From the NCBI GenBank assembly GCA_017407285.1, contig JAFQWW010000015.1, positions 1,881 through 65,880 of the forward strand: a stretch of DNA of 64,000 nucleotides. The letters are read 5' to 3'. Origin of the DNA: Clostridia bacterium. GTDB lineage: Bacteria; Bacillota; Clostridia; Christensenellales; RUG350. Positions 27,602 to 36,347 of this stretch are shown piece by piece. Under the pieces are notes generated by a model. It worked only from the letters and a program-made list of their open reading frames with translations, was not told where the DNA came from and made no database searches. Position 1 is the stretch's first letter. Each line of letters begins with the position of its first letter. Position numbers and translations under genes: made by a program.

Positions 27602-28477
27602 TTATTCTCCTTTGAATCCGGCGTCGTTCAATTTGCGGACTCTATTTTCCTCAACCTTATTCTTAATCTCGTTACCTTCGTTCAATAACGTCTTTACTCT
27701 TTCTTGGTCGCCCTCTTTTAAGGCTACCTTGATATCTTTAATGTTCTTCTCCAAGACTTCGAGTTGACTAACTAGATAATCTTTATTGTCTATCATGATC
27801 TCGGACCACATATCCGCGTTAATCTTTGCCACCCTCGTCATATCTCTAAAACTACCTGCCGAATATCCATAATGCTTTTCGGCAAGATCACTTTTAACGT
27901 ATGCGCTAGACACGATGTGAGCAAGTTGGGAGGTGTACGCTATCATCTCGTCGTGAACTTCGGGAGTCGTAATAACTATACGCTCCGCACCGATAGAGAG
28001 AAAGAACTTTTTGACTGCATATAAAACTTGAATTTCATTTTTTACAGGAGTTATAAGCACGGAACACTTTTCAAAAAGGGTGTGCGTGGCGTGTGATATA
28101 CCGCTAAATTCACGACCTGCCATAGGATGACCGCCCACGAATTCTAAGTTTGGGTATTCTTTTTTAAGTTCAATCATCTTATCGACGATTCGTCTTTTGT
28201 TACCACCGCAATCAACCACGATAGCTCCGTCACGCAAACAGCCTACCCATTCCTCAAGCGCCTTTTCTATCGCTCTTGGATATACGCAAATGACTAGAAT
28301 ATCGAGTTCTTTTGCATTCTCTTTGCACAAAACCTCGTCGTAAATCTCCAAAAGACGAGCTTTTTTCATAGTTTCTTCGTCTTTATCGTACACGAATACT
28401 CTATCTTGCGTTCTCTTTCGTATGGCTTTTGCTATTGAACCACCAATGAGTCCAAGTCCTATAATTCCTATATTCAT
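27602..28477 (-). CDS. tyrA: Prephenate dehydrogenase
   Basis: MNIGIIGLGLIGGSIAKAIRK Rossmann N-terminus and a HPMAGRE motif. 291 aa. Confidence 0.9.
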   Translation of the reverse strand: MNIGIIGLGLIGGSIAKAIRKRTQDRVFVYDKDEETMKKARLLEIYDEVLCKENAKELDILVICVYPRAIEKALEEWVGCLRDGAIVVDCGGNKRRIVDKMIELKKEYPNLEFVGGHPMAGREFSGISHATHTLFEKCSVLITPVKNEIQVLYAVKKFFLSIGAERIVITTPEVHDEMIAYTSQLAHIVSSAYVKSDLAEKHYGYSAGSFRDMTRVAKINADMWSEIMIDNKDYLVSQLEVLEKNIKDIKVALKEGDQERVKTLLNEGNEIKNKVEENRVRKLNDAGFKGE

Positions 28478-29490
28478 TATTTCCTCGTTTTATTTACCAA
28501 AGGTAAGATTACGTCTATCTTTTTAACTACTTCTTCAAACTGTTCAGGACGGAGAGATTGAGCGCCGTCACACAAAGCGCATTTAGGATTGTTGTGAACC
28601 TCTATCATAAGTCCGTCCGCACCTGCGCCAACCGACGCCATGGAAAGAGGCTCTACCAATCTGCTCAAACCAGATGCGTGAGAAGGATCAACTATAATAG
28701 GTAAGTGAGTCAATTCTTTAAGCAAAGGTATTGCGGACAAGTCAAGCGTGTTTCTAGTGTAAGACTCGAAAGTTCTAATACCTCTCTCGCACAAAATAAC
28801 CTCTTTATTACCCTCACTCATGATGTATTCTGCGCTCATCAACCATTCTTCAATGGTATTTGCAAGACCACGTTTTAAGAGTATAGGTTTTTGGAGTTTA
28901 CCAACCTCTTTTAATAATTCGAAGTTTTGCATATTTCTTGCGCCGATCTGAATAACGTCTACGTCACGGAACAAATCAATATGTTTTACGGACATAATCT
29001 CGGTAACGACGGGAAGTCCAACCTCACGTCCCGCTTTAATCAACAAATCCAAACCGTGCTCACGAAGACCTTGGAATGCGTACGGAGAGGTACGAGGCTT
29101 AAACGCACCGCCTCTCAACAAATTCGCACCTGCATCTTTTACGGCACGCGCAACCGCTATCATCTGTTCCTCGCTCTCGATAGAACAAGGACCTGCGATA
29201 AGTTGGAAATGTCCTCCGCCAAACTTGTGTCCTTTTACGTCCACGATAGTGTCTTCTGGGTGGAATTTTCTATTGGCGTCCTTGTACGGTTCTTGGATAC
29301 GCTTAACTGTGTCGACAATATCCAAAGAATACAACAAATCGATATCAACCTTTGTAGTATCACCGATAAGTCCCAAGATAATGCTGTTTTCGCCACGACT
29401 TTCGTGAACCTCAAGACCAAGACCTTTTATCCAATCGATAAGGTTCTCAAGTTGTTTTTCTTCATGTTCTTTTTTAACGACGACGATCAT
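28477..29490 (-). CDS. aroF: 3-deoxy-7-phosphoheptulonate (DAHP) synthase, type I-beta with an N-terminal ferredoxin-like regulatory domain
   Basis: 337 aa. An N-terminal ~70-aa extra domain (MIVVVKKEHEEK...GLIGD) precedes a KDO8PS-like barrel (LIAGPCSIES, GAFKPRTSPY). AGGAG RBS. Confidence 0.9.
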   Translation of the reverse strand: MIVVVKKEHEEKQLENLIDWIKGLGLEVHESRGENSIILGLIGDTTKVDIDLLYSLDIVDTVKRIQEPYKDANRKFHPEDTIVDVKGHKFGGGHFQLIAGPCSIESEEQMIAVARAVKDAGANLLRGGAFKPRTSPYAFQGLREHGLDLLIKAGREVGLPVVTEIMSVKHIDLFRDVDVIQIGARNMQNFELLKEVGKLQKPILLKRGLANTIEEWLMSAEYIMSEGNKEVILCERGIRTFESYTRNTLDLSAIPLLKELTHLPIIVDPSHASGLSRLVEPLSMASVGAGADGLMIEVHNNPKCALCDGAQSLRPEQFEEVVKKIDVILPLVNKTRK

Positions 29491-29502
29491 AATATACTCC
29501 TA

Positions 29503-29530
29503 ACAAAAAACCGCCCTATTCGAGCGGTTT
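29503..29530 (-). terminator. Attenuator terminator between the leader peptide and aroF
   Basis: Minus-strand RNA: AACCGCUC-GAAUA-GGGCGGUU followed by U6, located 49 nt after the leader stop and 13 nt before the aroF RBS. Confidence 0.8.
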
Positions 29531-29578
29531 AAAATAATTTAGTCTAATATGAGAAAAGAATTTTTAACCGCGACAAAA

Positions 29579-29650
29579 TTACAGGCTATTAAAGTAATAG
29601 TCTGCAAAATAAAAGTATGCAAAATTCTGTGCGTTAAAAGTCTTTTTCAT
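29579..29650 (-). CDS. Aromatic-operon leader peptide (23 aa, Phe/Tyr-rich)
   Basis: ATG at 29650 with an AAGGTGA RBS 5 nt upstream. Translation is MKKTFNAQNFAYFYFADYYFNSL*, with 5 Phe and 4 Tyr, 8 of them within an 11-residue stretch. It lies between a consensus promoter and a terminator. Confidence 0.8.
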   Translation of the reverse strand: MKKTFNAQNFAYFYFADYYFNSL

Positions 29651-29668
29651 AGTTTCACCTTGTAAATA

Positions 29669-29698
29669 ATTATATTCCTCATCACAACGCGTTGTCAA
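29669..29698 (-). promoter_or_regulatory. Sigma-70-type promoter of the aromatic operon
   Basis: On the minus strand: TTGACA (29698-29693), an 18-bp spacer, then TATAAT (29674-29669). Confidence 0.7.
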
Positions 29699-29710
29699 GT
29701 ATTTATATTA

Positions 29711-29750
29711 AAAAAATCCCTATTTTCCTATTTTTTTTGAGGGAAATAGG
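29711..29750 (-). terminator. Rho-independent terminator of the upstream transcription unit
   Basis: Minus-strand CCUAUUUCCC / GGAAAAUAGG stem (one mismatch) followed by a U7 run. It overlaps the last codons of the methyltransferase gene. Confidence 0.55.
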
Positions 29751-30837
29751 TGTAAATCCTACACAAAAGTTTGGCGTTATACACCTTTCTTTCGCGATCT
29801 GCAGACCTTGCAAAAAGTCTCTCAAATTGCGGACAACTCGTAATGACGTTTGCGCCCCAATCTTTAAGAGATCTAAACACCCGACCAAAGTCCCGATACA
29901 AAACCTCTATCTCTTCTTTCGTACCCAATCTCTCACCATACGGAGGGTTAGCAAATATCATACCACCCTCGTAACGAGAAGAGATATTTCTCATATCTTG
30001 GGTTTCGAAATGTATATATTTTTCTAGTCCAAACTCTTTTGCCGATTGGTATGCAATACCTATAGCCTTACCTTTTATATCAAAGCCGGATATTCTAACC
30101 TTTTTATCCCACTCAATCCCGTCTTTTGCAATCTGCTTTTCTTCCTTTAGGATATTTGAGTCAATAAAAGGATACTTTTCAAAAGCAAACTCGCGAAAAT
30201 ACCCAGACGGAATAGACAACGCTCTCATACAGCACTCAATAGGAAAGGTCCCCGATCCTGTGAAAGGATCTATAACCGCTCTATCTCCTCTCCAACCCGA
30301 CAATTCAATGATTCCCGATGCTAAAGTTTCCTTGATAGGCGCTTCCCAAACGAGTTTTCTATACCCTCTTTTGTGTAAACCTGCGCCAGACGTGTCTAAA
30401 GATATCGTTACCTCGTCACGCAAAACGTTTACCTCAACACAAAATCTATCTCCGTCTTCAGGAAGAGAGGGATAGGTTTTAAGCATTACGTTGACTATTG
30501 CCTTTTTGGTAATACTTTGAATGGAAGATAGCGCAAACAACGTACTTTTAATGCTCTTTGCGTTCACTGCGATAAATCCGTTACGAGGCAAATAATTTGC
30601 CCAATCTATCTCGCTCACTCCGTCAAACAATTCGTCAAAGGTCGTGGCGGTAAATTTTTTAAGTGTTATAAGCACTCTATCCGCCGTACGTAAATGCAAG
30701 TTGAGGGAAACTATATCACGACTATCTCCCTTCAACTCAAACCTACCGTCGATACACGGTGCGTCGTAGCCTAAACGTTTGAGTTCGAGTTTGGTCGCGG
30801 TTTCCATTCCAAAACCACAAGCAACTTGAATTTCCAT
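29728..30837 (-). CDS. THUMP-domain class I SAM-dependent RNA methyltransferase (RlmL/YpsC-like, COG0116)
   Basis: DPFTGSGTFPIE (SAM motif I) and FANPPYGERLG (motif IV NPPY), with an N-terminal THUMP-like region. 369 aa. Confidence 0.85.
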   Translation of the reverse strand: MEIQVACGFGMETATKLELKRLGYDAPCIDGRFELKGDSRDIVSLNLHLRTADRVLITLKKFTATTFDELFDGVSEIDWANYLPRNGFIAVNAKSIKSTLFALSSIQSITKKAIVNVMLKTYPSLPEDGDRFCVEVNVLRDEVTISLDTSGAGLHKRGYRKLVWEAPIKETLASGIIELSGWRGDRAVIDPFTGSGTFPIECCMRALSIPSGYFREFAFEKYPFIDSNILKEEKQIAKDGIEWDKKVRISGFDIKGKAIGIAYQSAKEFGLEKYIHFETQDMRNISSRYEGGMIFANPPYGERLGTKEEIEVLYRDFGRVFRSLKDWGANVITSCPQFERLFARSADRERKVYNAKLLCRIYTYFPQKK

Positions 30838-31931
30838 TATACGTTAAAACGGAAAAGTACTACGTCACCGTCTTGAACGACGTAATCTTTACCTTCGCTT
30901 CTAATCTTTCCTTTTTCTTTTGCCGCGTTATACGAACCATACTCTAAAAGCGCTTTCCAATCGATAACCTCGGCTCTTATAAATCCTTTTTCAAAGTCGG
31001 TATGAATCTTTCCTGCTGCTTGAGGTGCTTTAGTGCCTTTCTCAATGGTCCAAGCCCTAGTTTCCTTCTCTCCTGCAGTCAAATAACTAATAAGACCTAA
31101 GAGGGTGTAACATGCGGATACAAGTTGGTCAAGACCGGTGTCTTTTACACCTAACTCTTCCAAGAACGCTCTCTTGTCTCCTTCGTCCATATCGGCAAGT
31201 TCCTCTTCCGCTCTCGCGCAAAGCACCATAACCTCGTTGCCTTCTTCTTTTGCGAACGCTTTTACTCTCTCGCTATATCCGTTTCCACCAGCGATATCCT
31301 CTTCTCCTACGTTAGCGCAATATATAACGGGTTTATCGGTCAACAAGAACAAAGACTTGACGTACGCTTTCTCCTCATCCGTAAGGCTATCACTCAACGC
31401 TCTAACGGCGCGCCCCTCGTCCAAGACCTTCATTACCTTTTCGCAGATTTCGAGTTCAACTTGATATTTTTTATCTCCCGACTTCATTTGGGTTTTCAAT
31501 CTATCAATTCTTCTCGTCATTGTTTCAATATCACTTATAACGAGTTCGGTATTGATTGTGGATATATCCTCGATAGGATCTATTCTACCGTCAACGTGTA
31601 TGATGTTATCGTCGTCAAAACAACGCACTACGTGAACTATAGCATCAACCTCACGAATATGGGACAAAAACTTGTTTCCCAAACCTTCGCCCTTGCTTGC
31701 GCCACGAACAAGTCCAGCAATATCCACGAATTCCAACACAGTCGGCGTTATTTTTTTACTGTTGTATAACGCTGCGAGTTTATCCAATCTCTCGTCGGGT
31801 ACGGCAACCATACCGACGTTGGGTTCAATGGTACAAAAGGGATAATTCGCGCTCTGTGCGCCTGCTTTTGTGATTGCGTTAAATAAAGTACTTTTTCCTA
31901 CGTTAGGTAATCCTACTACTCCAAGTTTCAT
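30837..31931 (-). CDS. ychF: Redox-regulated ribosome-binding ATPase YchF
   Basis: MKLGVVGLPNVGKSTLFNAIT P-loop and a C-terminal TGS-like end VVQDGDVVLFRFNV. 364 aa. Confidence 0.95.
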   Translation of the reverse strand: MKLGVVGLPNVGKSTLFNAITKAGAQSANYPFCTIEPNVGMVAVPDERLDKLAALYNSKKITPTVLEFVDIAGLVRGASKGEGLGNKFLSHIREVDAIVHVVRCFDDDNIIHVDGRIDPIEDISTINTELVISDIETMTRRIDRLKTQMKSGDKKYQVELEICEKVMKVLDEGRAVRALSDSLTDEEKAYVKSLFLLTDKPVIYCANVGEEDIAGGNGYSERVKAFAKEEGNEVMVLCARAEEELADMDEGDKRAFLEELGVKDTGLDQLVSACYTLLGLISYLTAGEKETRAWTIEKGTKAPQAAGKIHTDFEKGFIRAEVIDWKALLEYGSYNAAKEKGKIRSEGKDYVVQDGDVVLFRFNV

Positions 31932-32761
31932 ATCTTAATCCTTCTATCGTTTATTTTCAATAAGTATTCTATACTCTCCTCGTTCAGTTCGACCTCGCCC
32001 TGACCGATTTTATTTCCGCCGGCATCGGTGTGAAAATCACTTCCGCCCGTCGCGATTATTCCGTATTTTTTAGCCAATCCTGCGTATTCTAACCTATCTT
32101 CTACGGTATGGGACGGATAATACGCCTCCACGCCACCAAGACCAGCATCGACTAAAATTTTGAATTTTTCCTCAAAATCATTCTCGTCACGAAATCTTGA
32201 CGGGTGCGCAAGAACGGCAACTCCATGACACGAATTTATAAGTTCTATTGCTTGCACGGGTTTAATACGCTCCGCTCGAACGTAGGCTTCTCCGTTGTGT
32301 CCAATCCACTTATCAAAAACCTCGTTTATAGACTTGCAATACCCTTTTTTAACCATGAGTTTGGCAATATGCGCTCGCCCCTTAACTCCCTCGAAAGATC
32401 TCAATTCCTCTTCATACACCTCTATACCTAATTGGCGCAACTTTTGGAATATCAGTCGGTTTCTATGCTCTCTCATAGCTAACGCTTCACGAAGTCCGTC
32501 GTAAAACCTCTTATTCAAGGTCATTCCGTACCCTAAAACGTGAAATTCAGAATCGTAATCGTAGGTCGAGAGTTCCACCCCTCTTAAAACCTTAACTCCA
32601 ATCTGACGTCCACGCTCTACCGCTTCCTTTACGCCGTCGACGTTATCGTGATCGGTTAGCGCACAAAAATTTATCCCCGCGCTCTTCACACGATCCACGA
32701 CCTTAAAAGGAGGGAGTGATCCGTCACTTTTTAGAGAGTGTAAATGTAAATCAACCCTCAT
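31928..32761 (-). CDS. PHP-domain phosphoesterase (TrpH/YciV-like)
   Basis: MRVDLHLHSLKSDGS N-terminal His motif, plus LTDHD and AHP motifs. 277 aa. Confidence 0.8.
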   Translation of the reverse strand: MRVDLHLHSLKSDGSLPPFKVVDRVKSAGINFCALTDHDNVDGVKEAVERGRQIGVKVLRGVELSTYDYDSEFHVLGYGMTLNKRFYDGLREALAMREHRNRLIFQKLRQLGIEVYEEELRSFEGVKGRAHIAKLMVKKGYCKSINEVFDKWIGHNGEAYVRAERIKPVQAIELINSCHGVAVLAHPSRFRDENDFEEKFKILVDAGLGGVEAYYPSHTVEDRLEYAGLAKKYGIIATGGSDFHTDAGGNKIGQGEVELNEESIEYLLKINDRRIKI

Positions 32762-33935
32762 TCTCGTCTCCTACGGGCAAAGACAGTCCTTCTTCTTCAA
32801 AACCGGGCAAGTTTTCCACCCTTTGAAGTTTATCCTGAATTTTTTCGCTTTTTTTGATTACCTCGCTCAACGAGTCTTGGGCTTGATTTAGGTGCTTATT
32901 CGTGTTTCCAAGATGCTTCATATAGCCCGTAAATTCTCTTTGGAAGGTCATAAGATGACGACCTATTTCGGTACTACGTTTTTCAATAGCCAAAGTTCTA
33001 AAGCCCATACGCAAACTATTCAAAAGCGCGGTAATAGTCGTAGGTCCAGCCAAAACGACCTTGTTCTTTTGCAAATCGTCCACAAGACCGGGAGAACGCA
33101 AAAGTTCGGCAAAAAGTCCCTCGGTCGGCACGTACATTATAGCAAAATCCGTAGTCTTGGGGACTTTGACGTATTTATCACGAATAGATATGGATTCGTG
33201 CTTAACGCGCGCCACCAAATCTCGTCGTGCTTTTTCCACACCTGCACTATCGCCACTGTCTTGAGCGTCGCAAAGTCTTTGATAATCTTCTACGGGGAAT
33301 TTTGCATCAATCGGCAACAATACTTTGTCGTTTTCTCCTTTTCCGGGCAAAATAACGGCAAAGTCCACGAGGTTAGCGCCCGATATCTTAACCTGCTTTC
33401 CATATTGTTCCGTAGTTAAGATTTGCTCCAAAATAGCGTCCAAAGAAGCTTCGCCCCAACCACCTCTAGTCTTAACGCCGGTTAAAACCTTTTTAAGGTC
33501 GGTTACTCCAGTCGAGAGTTCTTTCATATCTCCAAGCCATGCGTAAATCTTCGTCAAACTCTCGTTTACCTTACTAAAGGAACTATCAAGTTTGTTTTGC
33601 AAATTCTCTTCTAATTGCTCGGTAACGGACTTGTTTATTCTGTCAAGATTTCTCTCCACGCTCTCTTTCATCTCGGCGTTATCCTTTTGAATTTGGGATA
33701 CGAAACGACCTAAACTGTCCACCACCATACGATTGGTGTCCGAAAAAGTAGAGTTTATATTTTGTAATTGACGATTATTAGATTCCTCTACGTCACGTCT
33801 TATCTCGTTTTGTAATGCGTTTAACTTTGCACTCAGCTCTTCTGTCTCGCTATTTTTGCCTTTCTTCATCAATACAACGCACAAAACGGTATTAACAACG
33901 CAAATTATTAAAACTGCAATAAGTAAATATATCAT
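32751..33935 (-). CDS. rmuC: DNA recombination protein RmuC
   Basis: An N-terminal TM helix, a long coiled-coil region, and a C-terminal nuclease-like domain (LPIDAKFPVEDY...MYVPTEGLF). 394 aa. Confidence 0.85.
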   Translation of the reverse strand: MIYLLIAVLIICVVNTVLCVVLMKKGKNSETEELSAKLNALQNEIRRDVEESNNRQLQNINSTFSDTNRMVVDSLGRFVSQIQKDNAEMKESVERNLDRINKSVTEQLEENLQNKLDSSFSKVNESLTKIYAWLGDMKELSTGVTDLKKVLTGVKTRGGWGEASLDAILEQILTTEQYGKQVKISGANLVDFAVILPGKGENDKVLLPIDAKFPVEDYQRLCDAQDSGDSAGVEKARRDLVARVKHESISIRDKYVKVPKTTDFAIMYVPTEGLFAELLRSPGLVDDLQKNKVVLAGPTTITALLNSLRMGFRTLAIEKRSTEIGRHLMTFQREFTGYMKHLGNTNKHLNQAQDSLSEVIKKSEKIQDKLQRVENLPGFEEEGLSLPVGDENEG

Positions 33936-33944
33936 AATTCCCTC

Positions 33945-35249
33945 TTATCTTTTGAACCCCTCTCCACCGCTAATTTTGATTATCTTCAAGGTGGCCTCGT
34001 CTATCTTCACTAAATCGCTTATCTCCACTCCTAAAACGGCAAGAACTTCCTTACCACGCGCTAAAACTACTACCTTATCGCGCAACCTTTTAGGAAATTT
34101 AATATCGGTGAAATAATCTCCCAAAGATTTAGTTCCACCGCCGAAACGTTTGAAACAATCTCCTTCTTCTCGTCCTCTAAACACTGCGCCTCGTGCCTTA
34201 TCATAATCCAAGCAAAGACCTCCGTTTTCCCTTTTTTGAAGGAATTCAAGGGAATACCTATCCCCCATTTCAAACTCGCTTGTAACCTCGTCTATAGAAA
34301 GTGGCTCGTACTTTACCTCTTCCTTTTTATAGAAAACGATATTGTCGTACTCAAGGGTTGCAACCACGCCGTAAGGCATATCTAATGAGTCCGAGTTTTC
34401 AGAGTTCACGAGTTTTTCTACTAACTCGACGTGTCGCTCTTCTACGTCTGCGCAAACTCCCAAAGAGGAAAAGGCTAAACGAACTATTCTAGAAAATACC
34501 GCTCTATCTCCAACCTCTTTTCTACTCACACCGTACGCACCGTAAGGTAGTTTTATTAGTTTTTCCCTTGCAATACGCTCAAAATGCTCCTCGTCCACCT
34601 TGGATAGAGCGCTCAATCTTCTCAAACTCTCCTCAATCATAGGATAACGCTCTTTGATTTTTGGTAAAATCTCGTGACGAATAAAGTTTCGCGTGTACAT
34701 AACGTCCTCGTTACTCTCGTCCTCGAAATAGGGAATATTGTTTTCACGAACGTACTCGTCTATCTCCTCTCTGGAACTATTCAAAAGGGGACGAATATAT
34801 CCTACTCTCTCCTCGCTTATACCACCGAGACCTTTATTGCCCGTGCCACGGAATATACGCATAAGTACGGTTTCTGCGTTATCTAGAGAGTGATGAGCGG
34901 TAGCAACGACGTCGCAAAATCCCTCCGCCATAGCTTTCTCAAAACACTCGTAGCGCAACGCTCTTGCCGATTGCTCTATAGTTTGCTTGTTTTCCTTAGC
35001 AAATTCGGGAACACTCACGTGATAGACTTTACACGTAACGCCCAATTTATCACAGTAATCTTTCACTCCCTCGCACTCAACCTTGGATTTTTCCCTTATT
35101 CCGTGCTCTACGCATATAGCGCGAGGAGTGATACCCAATCTATCCTTTTCACGAACGAGATAATGCAAAAGAGCCATAGAGTCCCGTCCACCGGAAAGAC
35201 CTACGGCAATAATAGAATATTTTTTGCACAATCCTTCGTTTATCCTCAT
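33945..35249 (-). CDS. tilS: tRNA(Ile)-lysidine synthetase
   Basis: PP-loop motif VGLSGGRDSMALLH. 434 aa. Confidence 0.9.
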   Translation of the reverse strand: MRINEGLCKKYSIIAVGLSGGRDSMALLHYLVREKDRLGITPRAICVEHGIREKSKVECEGVKDYCDKLGVTCKVYHVSVPEFAKENKQTIEQSARALRYECFEKAMAEGFCDVVATAHHSLDNAETVLMRIFRGTGNKGLGGISEERVGYIRPLLNSSREEIDEYVRENNIPYFEDESNEDVMYTRNFIRHEILPKIKERYPMIEESLRRLSALSKVDEEHFERIAREKLIKLPYGAYGVSRKEVGDRAVFSRIVRLAFSSLGVCADVEERHVELVEKLVNSENSDSLDMPYGVVATLEYDNIVFYKKEEVKYEPLSIDEVTSEFEMGDRYSLEFLQKRENGGLCLDYDKARGAVFRGREEGDCFKRFGGGTKSLGDYFTDIKFPKRLRDKVVVLARGKEVLAVLGVEISDLVKIDEATLKIIKISGGEGFKR

Positions 35250-36088
35250 AAATTCCTTAAAATCAAATACCCTTCCGTATTGTCCGTATCACTCAAAGTG
35301 ATTTTGTCCAAACCGTATCTTTCCATCAAATAGAGCAATAATTTTGCGCCTGCATCTATCACGCACGCCCTTTTTTCAGGCAACACGGGGAACTCTTTCA
35401 TAATCTCGGACAGAGAACTATTTTCTAATTTTAAAATTATTTTTCTAATTTGCTCAACGCCCAATCTATATCCGTGTACTACCTCTTTGTTATAACTTTT
35501 AAGCCCTGCGCACATAGCACCCAACGCCGTAATAGTACCGCCTATTCCTATAATTTCGCCTTCAAAAGCAAAATCCTCAAATAATGAGTCGAGATAACCG
35601 CGCACGTCAAAACGGTTATCTCCACAAAGATCTTTCAATTTAACTGCGCCAATAGGAGTGCTTACTGCGCGAACAATATTTCCACCCACGCCGTAACAAA
35701 ATTCCGTACTTGCGCCACCTATATCTATAATGCTACATTCCTTATTCGAACTCGCACCCAAAAAGCCTGCTTTGGCTTCCTCCTCCGGTGTCAATAAATC
35801 AATCTTAACACCCGTTTCATCACAAACTTTTTTTATAAAATCTCCACCGTTTTGAGCGCGTCTTACCGCCTCGGTCGCAAAAGCATAAACGGGCAAATCT
35901 TGGGATAATAAGATAAATTCCTTTATTGCTTGTATCGTCGAATTTATAGCGTTATCATCTAAAGTTTTTCTATCGGTCAAGCCCTTTCCAAGTTGGGTTA
36001 AGCGAAGGAATTTTTCACTTACCCCACCTTTCACTCTCATAAGCCTTACCGAATTAGAACCGATATCAATAACCGCGCAGTCTAACAT
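35246..36088 (-). CDS. Ppx/GppA-family phosphatase (short form)
   Basis: AVIDIGSNSVRLM and IDIGGASTEF ASKHA-fold motifs. 280 aa. Confidence 0.8.
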   Translation of the reverse strand: MLDCAVIDIGSNSVRLMRVKGGVSEKFLRLTQLGKGLTDRKTLDDNAINSTIQAIKEFILLSQDLPVYAFATEAVRRAQNGGDFIKKVCDETGVKIDLLTPEEEAKAGFLGASSNKECSIIDIGGASTEFCYGVGGNIVRAVSTPIGAVKLKDLCGDNRFDVRGYLDSLFEDFAFEGEIIGIGGTITALGAMCAGLKSYNKEVVHGYRLGVEQIRKIILKLENSSLSEIMKEFPVLPEKRACVIDAGAKLLLYLMERYGLDKITLSDTDNTEGYLILRNL

Positions 36089-36330
36089 AATTCTCCGTCA
36101 ATTAAACTCTCAAAAACGTAACCACTATCAAATTCCTCGTAGTCCTCTACCATAACGGACAAGGATTGACCTTGTTGTTCTTTTTTATTCTCAATTTCGT
36201 CTTTAAGATTTTGAATTTCTACAAACTGCACGATAAGTATGACAGCAAGGCTTAATAGCAGTACTACTCCTAGTACTACTCCCGTCTGTAAAATTGAACG
36301 TAACGTCTTAACTTTCATATATCTCTCCAA
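36082..36330 (-). CDS. Small single-pass membrane protein with a coiled-coil, FtsB/DivIC-like
   Basis: 82-aa ORF with one TM helix (VVLGVVLLLSLAVILIV) followed by a charged heptad-like segment QNLKDEIENKKEQQ. It overlaps the ppx start. Confidence 0.4.
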   Translation of the reverse strand: MERYMKVKTLRSILQTGVVLGVVLLLSLAVILIVQFVEIQNLKDEIENKKEQQGQSLSVMVEDYEEFDSGYVFESLIDGELC

Positions 36331-36347
36331 TAACCCTTACGGGCATA

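Noticed and set aside
29491-29727. A T-box leader upstream of aroF, which is the usual Firmicutes mechanism for aromatic amino-acid genes.
   Set aside because: I found no T-box sequence (AAUUAGGGUGGUACCGCG-like), no specifier-loop architecture and no AG bay. A translated Phe/Tyr-rich mini-ORF with an RBS explains the region better.
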